64,000 nucleotides of DNA from Octopus vulgaris. Lineage: Eukaryota. The notes under the pieces were generated by a model. The model searched no databases. It was not told where the DNA came from and saw only the letters and a program-made list of their open reading frames with translations. Shown here piece by piece: positions 38,564-52,034 of this stretch (position 1 is the stretch's first letter; each line of letters starts with the position of its first letter). The translations under genes and the position numbers were made by a program. The DNA lies in contig OX597819.1 in the NCBI GenBank assembly GCA_951406725.2, positions 28,644,001 through 28,708,000 on the forward strand. Direction: 5' to 3'.

Positions 38564-40165
38564 CAGTTGTGGCCAAAATGTTAAGAACAGCATTGTTTTC
38601 GTCAGAAAAGTAGGTATAATTTTTATCCAAAGTTGTTTTATATTCTATAATTTTCACAGACAATAAATACGATATTATTTGTTATTGTCTGAGATTTTAG
38701 TGTCATTTGAGAGGATAATACAAAAGTTATGGATGACTTAGTGATTTACTGCAAAACCCATGGCGGCCAAAAGGATCAGAACGGTTGCTTTTACTCCGTG
38801 TTTTAGTATATTTAACCGGCGAACTCTAATGTTTTGAATTTGTTTACGTGATGGCTCGTTTACTAAACCTTAGTAAGAATATCTGCAGTATACTTTGTTA
38901 ATATAATGCCACTTACTCCGTTACCAATTTGTCTGCAGATTATTAAGCTTCGAAAGAAAGATAATTTAAGTATTGGGTCTATTGCAAAGATTGTGAACAA
39001 GTCAAAAAGTGTTGTACACGGTATTCTTAAAGTCTACGATGATTGTGGTTCGTGTGAAGCAAGAAAGTCTACAGGCAGGCCAAGGAAAACGACCAAGAGA
39101 GAAGATCGTGCTATGGTAAAGTTGGTTAAAAAGAACAGATTTAAAACTGCAGCTGCTGTTTCTCGGGAAATGAGCATTGTATTGAAGAAAACTTTATCTT
39201 GAAAAACTGTGTCTCGTCGTTTCGTTGAACATGACCTACAAGCAAGAGCACCTGCAGTGAAGCCACTGATCAGCTCCAAGAATAAAAATTGTCGTCTTAC
39301 CTTTGCAACCGAACATGTGTTATGGTCTCAAGAAAAATGGCAAATGGTGCATTTCAGTGATGAATCTAAGTTTATGTTATTTGGCTCAGATGGGAAAAGG
39401 TACATTTGTCGAAAAGTAGGTGAAAAATTGTTGCCTAAATGCCTTAAGACTAGTATTAAATTCGGTGGAGGAAGTGTCATGGTTTGGGAGATGATATCTG
39501 GAGATGGTGTGAGCCCTTTGGTACGATTACATGGAAAGGTAAATGCAGGAGTTTATAAACAACTTATAAAAGATCATGTCTTGCCTGTGCTGAGAAATTC
39601 AACTAAGCGACCACCCATATTCATGCAGGACAATGCCTCATGTCACAAGGCTAAGGTGGTCATGAACTTACTCAAGGTTGAAAAGGTTATTGTTATAGAT
39701 TGGCCTGCGCAAAGCTCAGATCTCAATCCTATTGAAAATGTGTGGAATATTCTAGGAGAACGTTCGAAAGCCAGGAATCCTAAAACAACCGAGCAATTAT
39801 GGAATGCCCTTCAGGAAGAATGGAATAAGATCACCCAGCAAAAAATTGAAAATTTAATTTCCTCATGCAGTCGAAGATGTCACACTAAATATTAAATAAT
39901 TCCAGTATTCTCTGTCATTTTTGATTATTTTGTTATTTTTTCAACTGTTCTGATCATTTTGGCCGCCATGGGTTTTGCAGTAAATCACTAAATCATCCAT
40001 AACTTTTGTATTATCCTCTCAAATTACACCAAAATCTCAGACAATAACAAATAATATCGTATTTATTGTCTGTGAAAATTATAGAATATAAAACAACTTT
40101 GGTAAAAATTTATACCTACTTTTCTGACGAAGACAATGCCAGTCTTAACATTTTGTCCGCAACTG
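38564..40165 (+). mobile_element. Tc1 (DD34E) DNA transposon, near full length, IR/DR type
   Basis: TA TSDs; 224-bp TIRs (38564-38787, 39942-40165) starting CAGTTG, each with outer and inner direct repeats (ggccaaaa.g.t.agaac.g). Confidence 0.97.
38851..39895 (+). pseudogene. Tc1 transposase, disabled
   Basis: HTH + GRPRKTT; HFSDESKF, FMQDNASCH and SSDLNPIENVW with 34 residues between D and E; in-frame TGA at 39200-39202; N-terminal frameshift or decayed short intron; short C-terminal deletion. Confidence 0.93.
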
Positions 40166-40167
40166 TA

Positions 40168-40440
40168 TATATATGTATATATTATAAATGAAGATATTAC
40201 CTTTTTGTTGCTTTTCTTTCTACGAAATGAGAAGATACATTGTGGAACTGTTATTTTAACAAGTTGTATCTATTTATCACCTGATGAGACACATCTGCAC
40301 TGCCAGATGCTCCGGAAACAATCGTCAAGTATCACACCCGTGAGGGATCGATGCTAGATGTATCAAAACATTTGTTTTGATACGTCTAGTTTATTAATAA
40401 TAAATATTCTCATATTCCATCTTTTGTCTTTCATTTACCA
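40168..40440 (+). mobile_element. (TA)n-inserted element with a degenerate HHR (40281-40326) and a 17-bp terminal hairpin (40354-40389)
   Basis: CUGAUGA-..CAUCUG(cacugc)CAGAUG..-GAAAC(AAUC)GUC, but stem I pairs poorly; its end recurs at ~44301-44340. Confidence 0.55.
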
Positions 40441-40456
40441 CACACATATATATATA

Positions 40457-40687
40457 CAGTAATCTCTCACAATAAGTGGTTCACCTATTGTGGTTCACCT
40501 ATCGCGGTTTATTATTCAAGTTTATGTCGATTCCTCCGTGGTGTTGTTTAGCATTTATAATAAAATAAATATATAAAAATTATAAAAAGAAAAAAATATA
40601 CATTACAGTACTGTTTGTACTTTGCAGATTTTCACCTATCACAGGGGATTTTGGAATGTAACACCCGCTATAGTTGAGGGATTACTG
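40457..40687. mobile_element. pogo/Tigger-like MITE
   Basis: TA-cagtaatctctcac ... gttgagggattactg TIRs. Confidence 0.7.
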
Positions 40688-40722
40688 TGTGTATATATAT
40701 ATATATATATATTTATGTGTAT

Positions 40723-41043
40723 ATTGGCAGGGCTGGCCTGCTAGGTAGCCGGCCAAAATGCTAGAAGAAGATCATCAACGATCAAACTACAAGGGAAATT
40801 CTCTAGAGGAAGAATTCAGCGAACACCAGAACCAACTTTGGCGGGCAGGACATATGAAAAATTAAATAAATAACAGACTTAAATGCATACCTCGGTTTCG
40901 GTCTTAACAAAAGAATTACTTGCATAATTCAAGTGTCCATGACTTCTTCAGTACATTCGGTCCTCGTGATGCAAACCGCAAGACTAACCCCAGCTCTCTG
41001 TGTCAAGACAGACACGTGCTTAGTCTTTCTGATTACATCGGGT
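40723..41043 (-). mobile_element. Solo (TA)n-inserted HHR-bearing element (~320 bp)
   Basis: Bounded by (TA)n on both sides; contains the HHR at 40882-40957. Confidence 0.7.
40882..40957 (-). ncRNA. Type I hammerhead ribozyme motif
   Basis: Minus: AAUGUA-CUGAAGA-AGUC..GACC-GAAA-C(CGAG)G-UA^UGCAUU. Confidence 0.78.
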
Positions 41044-41076
<33 letters not shown>

Positions 41077-41132
41077 ATATATATATAACCCATGCTAGCA
41101 TAGAAAGCGGACATTAAATGATGTTGATGATG

Positions 41133-41172
<40 letters not shown>

Positions 41173-42414
41173 TTGACAGCACATGATAGTTGTAAATGAG
41201 TGTCACTGTTATATAAGTAGTCATTCATTTTCAACATTTTGTGGGAAAATGTCTGGTCATGGGGCAAATATTACCTTGCTTGGAAACAGGTGAGTCTTGG
41301 CAACAAGAAGGGCATCTAGCCACAGAAGATCTGATTCAAATAAACATCTTCTGACCCATGAAAGCACGAGAAAGTGAACATCTAATAATGATGATGATGA
41401 TGATGATGACAATAATAATGATGGTGGTGATGATGATGACGATGATGACGACGATATTGATGATGGTGATGGTGATGATGATGATGATGATGATGAATCT
41501 TGTCTGAAGCTTTAATGATGCTTTCATTCCATTCTCTGGACAGGTGCTTTAGTTTATGAAAATCCAAGTTGAATTAGTTAGGATTTGAACTTAGAGCATT
41601 TAAGTCTACCTTTCTGTTCTTGCCAAATCACTGCTGATTATTGATTTTTAGCACAAGAACAAAGTAACAAACTGAAATGGTATGGAAGAGGTGTAGTTGA
41701 TTAGATATACATGTTATTTGACAGGTGTTTATTTTATCCATCCAAGAATTGATAAAAGGCAAAGTAGACTCTGGTGGATCTAATACAGAATGTCAAGGGA
41801 AGCAAATAAATACCACCAGGCATATATCAAGCAATCTATTGAGCCTATGAATCTATCATCACTACCACCCTCTATCCATCCATGCATCCATGCATCCCTC
41901 CACCCATCCATCTATCCATCCATCCATCCATCCATCCATCTGTCTGTCTGTCCATTCATCTATCCATCCATCCATCATCGAAGGTATTACTTATTAAATA
42001 AATAATAATAAAATGAAATGAATTCAATTAGAAAAATTCTAAATAAGAGAAAATTAATTTACTAAAAGAACAAAAAAAAAACCCCGTCTTCCAGGAATGC
42101 AGAACTTTTGTTTACCATTTACACTAATGGAAGTGTGATAGCATAAGAAGAGATTTTTTTTTCAGTTTAAGAAAATAATGTACAACACATTTTTTTTTTA
42201 TTGATATACTTTGAGTAGTTTTGAGTGAAATGTTGTCTGCAACAGAGCTAATGTTAATTCCATGAAGTGATATGATTGCTATAGTATTTTCTAGAAAACT
42301 TTCAGCAGTAATCAAAGTTTTCACTTTGTGAAACAAATATGAAATCATCTAAGTAAATGTGAATGTGTTGTGTATGTAAATGTATTTGTATATAGTAATA
42401 TCCTACATTATGTT

Positions 42415-42734
<320 letters not shown>

Positions 42735-44279
42735 ACAAGGGTTGGCTGAAAAGTTCATAGGCTAACCAAGATACTCTCATAGAATGTGACCAAATGAGGT
42801 TAATTTTTCTACATAGTCCCCCTTGTGGTCCACATACTTTTCCCATTAGTGTTACAGTGCTTGGATTCCATTGATGAAGAAGCTTTCATCCTGTTAATCA
42901 AACAAATCAACAACAACAGATATAATGTCATCATCACTGCAATACTAGTTCTCAGCAAGTGGTTTTCTTTTTATATTGGGGAACAAATGATTGTCAGGTG
43001 GGTCGCAATCAGGAGAAGGAGGACAGTGATCAACCAGTTCAAAGCCACAGCCACACTGCAGCCATTGAAACTAAGGACTTGTGTGCTGGAGCATTGTCCT
43101 GATGAAGCAAGAGTCCATTTGTTAGCTTTTCTGGACACTTGTCTTGATAGCCTTTCGTAGCTGCTTCAGTAAGTTGGCATAGTACTCTTCATTGATGGTG
43201 TGGCTCTTTTGAAGATAGTCAATGAAGACAATGCCTTATGTATCCACCCCACAAAAAAAAAGAACTGAGGCTGTCACCTTCTCTGCAGATGAAATGACTT
43301 GACTTGACAGCATTCACCCTGGGTGGTTTGAGCTGGCTTCATTCATCCTCAATGCTGCATCTCTCACAAATGCCAACCAGGCCTGGCGATTTGAGGCTAA
43401 CAACTGCGTGATCTCTAACCACTCCTTATTCCAGCGACGAACGCCGTAGATATGGGGGCCTAGGTTGGGTTCCAGATCAGCCTTGACTGTCATCAGCCAG
43501 GTTTTTCGTTGTCCACCACATCGCTTTCACCATTGAAATGACTTAAGCCTTCTTTGGAGTAGATGAGGAGGGATGCTTCCACTGCATGGATTATCACTTT
43601 GTCGCTGGTCCAAAGTGATGAACTTTCCACTCATCCTAAATTAAGAAACGTTCAAGGAAACCAGCTGGATCTACCTCAAACAGTGTCAGATTTTCATATG
43701 ATGTGATCAGCCTGGTGTGCTTTGGATGATATGTCAAAAGATGTGGCATCCAAAGAACAGAAATCTTTATCATTCCAAGTGCCTTGTACAGAATATTCTC
43801 AACTTTCTCATGAGATAAGCTAATAGCATTGACTATTTGATTTGTAATCAGTTGCTTGTCATCCATCAGCATGTTGTGAACACAATGTTTTCTTTGGTGG
43901 TGGCAGTTGCAGGACGTCCAGACCTTGGGACATCTTTAACACTCACTCTTCCTCTCCTAAATTCAGCTTCCCACTTTTGTACTGTTGATAAGACTGGGGC
44001 ATCATCCCTTAATGTAGCAACCATGTCAGTATAGATCCTAAACCCTTTTTTTGCAAGTTCTTGATCATACCATAATGCCAAACTTTGTCTATTTTCAAGA
44101 AAACTTGCCACTAGTTACTTTTGAAGTCTTCTTAGAACAGTCAGGTGTCAGTTTACCTGGAAAGAAACAATGCAGTTATTAATGAGTAGAGCTGAAATGA
44201 AATTAATGCATACAAGATTTCACCGCTCTAGTATCACTCCTTCATAGTAAGCCAATGAACTTTTCAGCTCACCCTCATA
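42735..44279 (-). mobile_element. Mariner relic with both TIRs
   Basis: TIRs caagggttggctgaaaagttcataggct / agccaatgaacttttcagctcaccctca; fragments STVQKWEAEFRRGRVSVKDVPRSGRP and ISVLWMPHLLT. Confidence 0.9.
43301..43533 (-). mobile_element. 5'-truncated RTE LINE inserted in the mariner
   Basis: 11-bp TSD tgaaatgactt (43290-43300, 43534-43544); KRCGGQRKTWLMTVKADLEPNLGPHIYGVRRWNKEWL..LASNRQAW; (CAAGT)n tail. Confidence 0.85.
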
Positions 44280-44340
44280 TATATATATATATATGTACGA
44301 TTAATAATAAAAATTCTCATATATTCCATCTTCTGTCCTC

Positions 44341-44390
<50 letters not shown>

Positions 44391-44674
44391 TTATTGGCTA
44401 AACTGGCAAAATAACCATTTCAAAATATAACAATATATATATATATATGAACTTCATGGGAATTTAGAAACTTCGAGAGAACATAAAATTCTTCTTTTTA
44501 TTTTAATGGTAAGACTCAAAGCAGATAAAGCTATGAATGATAGCAAGTGAATACTGATTCAACTTTTTCTATCTAAAGGGGGTTTGAACCCAATATTCAC
44601 TCGCTATTATTTCAAGCTTTATCTGATTTGAATTTCACTGTTCTGAACTATGACATATATGTATGTGTATATAC

Positions 44675-44743
<69 letters not shown>

Positions 44744-44995
44744 TGTGTGTATGTGTGCGTGCATGTGTGCTTGTTTGTATGTGTGTAATTGGTGATTTGC
44801 TGCCACAGGTGCTATTACGTGGCGCTGTCATGGGTGCTATAGCATGGGTACTTTTTGTGTGTGCATTGAGTAACACACTTTATTGCATAACACTACAAAC
44901 CATTTCATTGTTGATTTACCAGTAAAAGTATTCCTGAAGCATCATATAGAATATAACTCAACATATCATGTCATTATTATTATCATTATTTCAGT

Positions 44996-45383
44996 GTGGA
45001 GGCGCAATGGCCCAGTGGTTAGGGTAGCGGACTCGCGGTCATAGGATCGCGGTTTTGATTCCCAGACCAGGCGTTGTGAGTGTTTATTGAGCAAAAACAC
45101 CTAAAGCTCCATGAGGCTCCGGCAGGGGATGGTGGTGATCCCTGCTGTACTCTTTCACCACAACTTTCTCTCACTCTTACTTCCTGTTTCTGTTGTACCT
45201 GTATTTCAAAGGGCTGGCCTTGTCACTCTCTGTGTCACGCTGAATATCCCCGAGAGCTACGTTAAGGGTACACGTGTCTGTGGAGTGCTCAGCCACTTAC
45301 ACGTTAATTTCATGAGCAGGCTGTTCTGTTGATTCAGATCAACCGGAACCCTCGTCCTCGTAACCGACGGAGTGCTTCCCTCC
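44996..45383 (+). mobile_element. tRNA-derived SINE (OR-like), full length
   Basis: Copy of the 13355 family; TSD cattatttcagt. Confidence 0.9.
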
Positions 45384-45518
45384 CATTATTTCAGTGTCAC
45401 TGGTGAATTATGCCTCTTCAGGTGAGCATACACAGTTTGCTAAATCACACTTAGATCTCACTGAATATATATGTGTGTGTGTGTGTGTGTTGAGTGTTGG
45501 GCTGCATGGAGGCAATGT

Positions 45519-45827
45519 CTTTTTGTTTGTTCCTTCTCGAGCCATGCCTGGCTCATAAGGGCCGGTTTCCTGGTTTCTTGGTGTATAGGTTCCCCACCTG
45601 GATGGGACGCCGGTCCATCGCAGGTGAGCTGCAAGATGCAGGAAGAAAGAGCGAGAGAAAGTTGTGGTGAAAGAGTCAGCAGAAGTTTTGCCATTACCTT
45701 CTGCCAGAGCCACGTGGAGCTTAGGTGTTTCGCTCATAAGTACACACATCGCCCGGTCTGAGATTCGAACCCACGATCCCTTGACTGTGAGTCCACTGCT
45801 CTAACCACTAGGTCATGTGCCTCCACA
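45519..45827 (-). mobile_element. tRNA-derived SINE (14749 family)
   Basis: 13-bp TSD atggaggcaatgt. Confidence 0.9.
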
Positions 45828-46098
45828 ATGGAGGCAATGTGGCCAATGCTGGTGTCATATAACTGGCACCAGTGCTGGTGACATATAAAAATCACCTTTT
45901 GAGCCTCACAAAGGCAATGACAAATGACCGAGACCTTTGGCAATATGCTGTGCTTGAGAAGAAGACTCATCAAACCAAGTGAAATTAACTTACTGCTACC
46001 AACATGTTTCACAGGAACATGTTTGTCTTCCAAATATTTCATTGTTCAACCTGCTTTAACTCCTAGGAATAATCAGATAAAGAACATAAATTTTGGTT

Positions 46099-46508
46099 AG
46101 GAGTGGCTGTGTGGTAAGTAGCTTGCTAACCAACCACATGGTTCCGGGTTCAGTCCCACTGCGTGGCATCTTGGGCAAGTGTCTTCTGCTATAGTCCCGG
46201 GCCGACCAATGCCTTGTGAGTGGATTTGGTAGACGGAAACTGAAAGAAGCCTGTCGTATATATGTATATATATATATATAAGTGTGTGTGTATATGTTTG
46301 TGTGTCTGTGTTTGTCCCCCTAGCATTGCTTGACAACCGATGCTGGTGAGTTTATGTCCCTGTTACTTAGTGGTTCGGCAAAAGAGACCAATAGAAAAAG
46401 TACTGGGCTTACAAAGAATAAGTCCCGGGGTCGATTTGCTCGACTAAAGGCGGTGCTCCAGCATGGCCGCAGTCAAATGACTGAAACAAGTAAAAGAGTA
46501 AAAGAGTA
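46099..46508 (+). mobile_element. tRNA-derived SINE (microsatellite-containing family), young copy
   Basis: CpG-rich copy of the 20009 family; tail ggcggtgctccagcatggccgcagtcaaatgactgaaac. Confidence 0.9.
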
Positions 46509-46766
46509 TCAAGTGTTAATTGTAGTAGTTAAGTAACTAGGTTTGTGGCAGATACTGGTGTCACAAAACTGGCATGTAAAAGCATCCATCATGCTCTCAG
46601 AGTGGTTGGCATTAAGAAGGGCATCCAGCTGTAGAAACTTTGCCAGATCAGACTGGAGCCTGGTGCAGCCCTTCAGCTTACCAGCTCTGGCCAAACTGTC
46701 CAACCCATGCCAGCATGGACAACAGACGTTAAATGATGGTGATGATGTTGATGATGATGATGATGA

Positions 46767-46806
<40 letters not shown>

Positions 46807-47153
46807 TCCAATAGTATTATTATCATCCAACAGTATAATTTACAATCAAAGAAAAAAAAACAATAACACCTGAATCATTTTAACATAAATCATCTGGCAG
46901 GAATTTTAGGTAAAAGCTATAATATGAAAAAAATTTCTGTAGATATCCTGTACAATAAATAAGAAGAATAAACAGGCAAGATTTCCTCTTTCAACCCCTT
47001 TGATGTCAGAAAAACTACTGGTTATCTTTTCCATATAAAAGCATGATACATTTTCCTCTACTTATGAATGTCTTGTTGCTGACTTAATTTATGACACACC
47101 AGGCACGTCCAGTACTTGTGTGTGTGTGTGTGTATATACATACATATATCTAT

Positions 47154-47540
47154 GTGGAGGCGCAATGGCCCAGTAGTTAGGGCAGTGGACTTGCGGTCGT
47201 AGGAGCGCGGTTTCGATTCCCAGACCGGGCGTTGTTAGTGTTTATTGAGCGAAAACACCTAAAGCTCCACGAGGCTCCGGCAGGGATGGTGGTGATCCCT
47301 GCTGTACTCTTTCACCACAACTTTCTCTCACTCTTACTTCCTGTTTCTGTTGTACCTGTATTTCAAAGGGTTGGCCTTGTCACTCTCTGTGTCACGCTGA
47401 ATATCCCCGAAAATTACGTTATGGGAACACATGTCTGTGGAGTGCTCAGCCACTTACACGTTAATTTCACGAGCAGGCTGTTCCATTGATCGGATCAACC
47501 GGAACCCTCGTCGTCGTAACCGACGGAGTGCTTCCATCCC
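47154..47540 (+). mobile_element. tRNA-derived SINE (OR-like), full length
   Basis: TSD acatatatctat. Confidence 0.9.
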
Positions 47541-47555
47541 ACATATATCTATATA

Positions 47556-48250
47556 CAGGGTGCAGTGAATAAACTGTCTAAATTACGCAAAAGTGAAAAT
47601 AACACTGACATCACATTTTAACAGATATATTTACCAAAATTATATAAAAATATCTTGAAATATACTAAAGAGTAAATTTATTTAATAAAAGAGCTATTGG
47701 CTTCAAACAGGGCCTCCAGACGACTTTGGAATCTCCAACAATTCTTCCAGATGGTCTCCTTGTTTAAGTTGGTGAATGCTGCCACAATCCTTACCTTCAG
47801 TTCATATTTAGTGTTACAAGGAGTTTTGTTGGTCCCTTACTCATATAATAATCAAGGAGGTTGCAGTCTGGGAAGTTAAGCAGCCAGATGTTAGGGGTTA
47901 CATGGTCACAGAAATTGTCTGACAGCCTTAGCTGGGTTCTCCTGCTTGTGTAGCATGCTGCTGAGTCCTGTTGCTGACATAGGGGTCTACCAGTAACCAC
48001 CCTCTTGACTCAGTGCAGTACTATCTCCTCCAGGCACTTGATGTAGGCCTCTGTGTTGTGTCTGGGGCCACGTGGGAAGATGAAGTGAGGCATAACATCA
48101 CCATCACAAATGATCACACCAAACATCATGATGAATGTTTGCTTTTTACCACTCTCTATACATGTCCTCGGATTGACACCCAAGCACTCTGAAATGTTTT
48201 TATTGGAGCTTCCGGCATGAATACCCAGCAGTACAGCATGTTGTTTCCAA
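47556..48250 (-). mobile_element. maT (DD37D) transposon relic
   Basis: TA-CAGGGTG terminus; QQDSAACY...IWLLNFPDCNLLDYY with 37 residues between the two D. Confidence 0.85.
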
Positions 48251-48674
48251 AGATATATATATATATTTCGCCACCATCAGCCTAACCCACATACCCCACC
48301 TCTGCTCCCACCCTCAGCCTAACCCACACACCACCCTTGCTTCCTCCACTCTCGTCTCCCCCACATCCCAACACCACCGCACCATACACCATCATACCAC
48401 GCAACACCACATCACATCACACTACCATGCACACACTAGCACTGACCACTTCCCAGCCCCACACCATCATCCACACACCTACACATACACACATGCACAT
48501 GTCAAGGTCACCAGCCCTCTTCTACATGCACATAACTATTCTCTTATACACACATACATGCACCTTCGTTTTGGGATCACCGCTACTTTATTATCTCCCC
48601 TTCTTCCTAGCTCTCCTGTGTGATCCCTCTGTCCAGCATTCACCATGATAGATTTTTACCCACTACACAATCTT

Positions 48675-48835
48675 TATTTTCTCTCCTTGTTTCTTTCTGT
48701 GTTCGTTTCTGTGGAAGAGTGTACGCTTGAAACGTTAAAGACTTTTTCACTTGCTGGGCATTAAAATAATACATCTGTTTGTTGTCTACACTACCTGTCT
48801 TCGTCTTTTGTTTTTTTTTGTGAATTCTCTCTCTC
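48675..48835 (+). mobile_element. Solo copy of the 54983-55361 family with a degenerate HHR-like motif (48701-48742)
   Basis: ttctgtggaagagtgtacgcttgaaacgttaaagac and a shared 3' end before (CA)/(TA)n. Confidence 0.65.
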
Positions 48836-48853
48836 TACACACACATATATATG

Positions 48854-48913
<60 letters not shown>

Positions 48914-49500
48914 TACTGGCTTAAAAGCCACACTCTGTGTAGACTTTTATGTTAGCTCCTGCAGAGGGATAATTTGGCCTGTGGCTCAAAACTAAAGAGA
49001 GCTAAATAGCATGATTACAATACATCTATAATGACTGTATGGCCCAGTCTGTTTGATCAGAGGTTAAAGATAGAAGAGAATTAATTCTGTAATGCAATCA
49101 TTCTATTTTTCCAGTCCCAAGTTGAATTCCAACTGTTGGTCAATTTATCCCAAAGTTCTTATCTCGATGTAAAACTAATGAAGCAAATGTCATTTATTTT
49201 TCCCTTGATCTCTGATGTCATCTGACAAATGCCAACCAAGTTGGCATGAATCAGCCAAGCTTTACCTCTTAGAGTTAACAACCCAAATGCTTTTAAATCA
49301 GCTCCCAATGCTGGATGTTCAAGAACCAAATGGATGGCAGATTTTCAATACTGGGATTAACCTGATTCCAAAAAGGTATAATATACGCCTATGTGGAGCA
49401 AATGTAGACTGCGAAACAGGCGTCCTAGATGGACAGACAGAATTTCGCTTTTATTATTATAGATAATATATGCATATGCATATACATAAACATGCGTACG

Positions 49501-49536
<36 letters not shown>

Positions 49537-49739
49537 CATACACATATATATATATACATATATATATACATATATATATATATATACATCTATATATATA
49601 TACATATATATATACATATATATATATACATATATATATATACATATATATATATGTATATATACATACACATACATATACATATATATATATACACATA
49701 CATACATACATACATACATACATACATACATACATACAA

Positions 49740-50200
49740 AGGTGTGGAGTGGAGTAAAAGGATTTGAGGGGGCCAGAATAACGCAAGTAAGACTCAGAAG
49801 AAATCTAAGAATGTAAGGATTGAGAAGGTGAATGACAATGACCTTTTTGTGTGCACAGTCTGTGACAGACCATACCTGTCTTTGGCTGGCCTCAAAACTC
49901 ATCTGCGAATGCATGGAAAACGAACCTCCACCAACCATTCTGCCTATATGTCTGTACACACCTTTGAATGCAGTGTATACCAGAAGGTTTCCAAATCCAA
50001 CGGAGGCCTCAAAAGACATGTTTAGATCCACGAAGAGCAGAACTTATCTGCAGGTATTGGTGGTCCAAATCAGAGGTGCAATCTATGTGGGTGTCTTTTC
50101 AGAACATTGTCTAGTTTAAAAGCCACATCTGACGCCATGATGGTGCTAAGGTGTAGTTACAGGGGGTGGTCAAACTCTGTTTCAGGAGTAGACAACCACC
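49740..50200 (+). pseudogene. RTE(BovB-like) LINE 3' end with three decayed C2H2 zinc fingers
   Basis: [23 protein letters not shown], then FVCTVCDRPYLSLAGLKTHLRMH, FECSVYQKVSKSNGGLKRHV*IH and RCNLCGCLFRTLSSLK/SHI*RH; stops and frameshifts; inserted in a microsatellite. Confidence 0.75.
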
Positions 50201-50237
50201 ATATGTGTATATACATATACATATTTATATATATATA

Positions 50238-50620
50238 CTAGAAGTATCGCCCGGCATTGCTCGGGTTTGTTTCGACCCTTTAGAATTGGAATTTTTGAAA
50301 AGTAAAAATTTTGCATTATGTAGCTCTTTAAGGGAACATTTTTCTGGTTGAAATACACCGAAAAATGGCAACACAGCAGTCAAAAAATCGTAAAAAATAG
50401 GGATTTTCATAGAAAAAAAGCACCTTTCTGATGTAAATAATTTTTGGTGTTAACATGATCCGATTTGAATTTTTTCTTCTACAGAAGGAAGAGCAAGCCT
50501 TCTTCTATCACACTTTCAATTTTGGTCAACTTGTGCTGCAGGGTCTCGGATGAGATAGTGTTAGTTGAAGGCTACCAAACCTGCCATACACAGACAACTT
50601 CAGCTTTATATATAGAGAGA
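50238..50620 (-). mobile_element. Non-autonomous Helitron (second family)
   Basis: Minus 5' TC(tctctatatataaagc); 3' cccgagcaatgccggg hairpin + gatacttCTAG; other Helitron-type 5' ends near 49463 and 51382. Confidence 0.85.
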
Positions 50621-50642
50621 TATATAATATATATATATATAT

Positions 50643-50980
50643 GTGAAGGCGCATGGCTCAATGTTTAGAGCATCGAGCTTACGATCGTGAGGTTGTGAGC
50701 TCGAATCCTGGACCGGGCTGCGTGTTGTGTTCTTGAGCAAGACACTTTATTTCACGTTGCTCCAGTTCACTCAGCTGTAGAAATGAGTTGCGACATCACT
50801 GGTGCCAAGCTGTATCGACCTTTGTATTTCCCTTGGATAACACTGGCGGCGTGGAGAGGGGAGACTGGTATGCATGGGCGACTGCTGGTCTTCCATAAAC
50901 AACCTCGCTCAGACTTGTGTCTAGGAGGGTAACTTTCTAGGTGCAATCCCATGGTCTGTGTCGTGACCGAAGGGGTCTCC
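50643..50980 (+). mobile_element. tRNA-derived SINE (third OR-like variant)
   Basis: tggctcaatg / gagctcgaatcc boxes; inserted in (TA)n. Confidence 0.8.
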
Positions 50981-50983
50981 GAA

Positions 50984-51019
<36 letters not shown>

Positions 51020-51613
51020 CGAGCAAATCGCCCCCCCCCACCGTCCAATAGACAGTGCTGAGTTGTCAAACATTTAAACTAAATTTTCTCAAAACAACTT
51101 GTCCGACCGTCCTGTAGGCCCCGCCCTTTGAGAAACACTGATTTAACCTAAATTTGAGACACCAGTAAAAGAAGAAATAAAGATAGAATCTTTTTCTATT
51201 CCAAAGAATGCTTTATCGATCGCATTCTCTCCTGGAATCAATTTTTGTAATTTTTTCAAGACTTATACATGCCCTAAAACTGTTGGTATCTACATATCAA
51301 ATTTGAGCACAATGGGATGGAAGATGCCCGAGATCCTAGAAGACACACACACAGACAGACAGAACGGATTTTATATAATAGATATACTCACACATATGAT
51401 GGACGGACTCCCCAGTAGAAGATTATGAATGAGTGTTCAGCTATTTTGCTGAATGATCTTCACAAATGATTTGTTAATAGTGATCAAACGTATGTGCTGT
51501 ACATTAGCTCACTCTCTTTATGAAATCGATGTTACCTGAACAGGTGCTCGATGTGACACACATCGGGTGTCAAAGTGATTGCAGAGCAATGTGAGATGAA
51601 GTGCTTTGTTTAA

Positions 51614-51833
51614 CCCTTTAGTGTTCAGATTACTCTGTTAAATGTAATAATTCTTTACTTAAATTGTTTTTAACTAATCATGCATTATCTTATAGCTTTG
51701 AGGTTTCAATGACGTGATTGTTCATTTTTAGAATGTCAATGTAGGTTAGGTGTGAAAGGCCTGATCTGGTCAGTTTAAACATAAAATAGGTAGAAAACTT
51801 CGGCCGGATATGGCCAGTTTAAACACTAAAGGG
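51614..51833. mobile_element. piggyBac-type MITE (220 bp) inserted in a SINE
   Basis: TTAA TSDs; TIRs ccctttagtgtt / aacactaaaggg; partial copy at ~18930-19118. Confidence 0.85.
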
Positions 51834-51973
51834 TTAAGAACACAACGTACCACTCGTTGGGATTGAAACAACAATCTAGAGATCACGAGTGCAATGCCCT
51901 AGCCATAATACATGTATATACATTTATATACATAAGCATAAGTATTAACTAATTTGCTCTGTGTATGTGTGTG

Positions 51974-52034
<61 letters not shown>

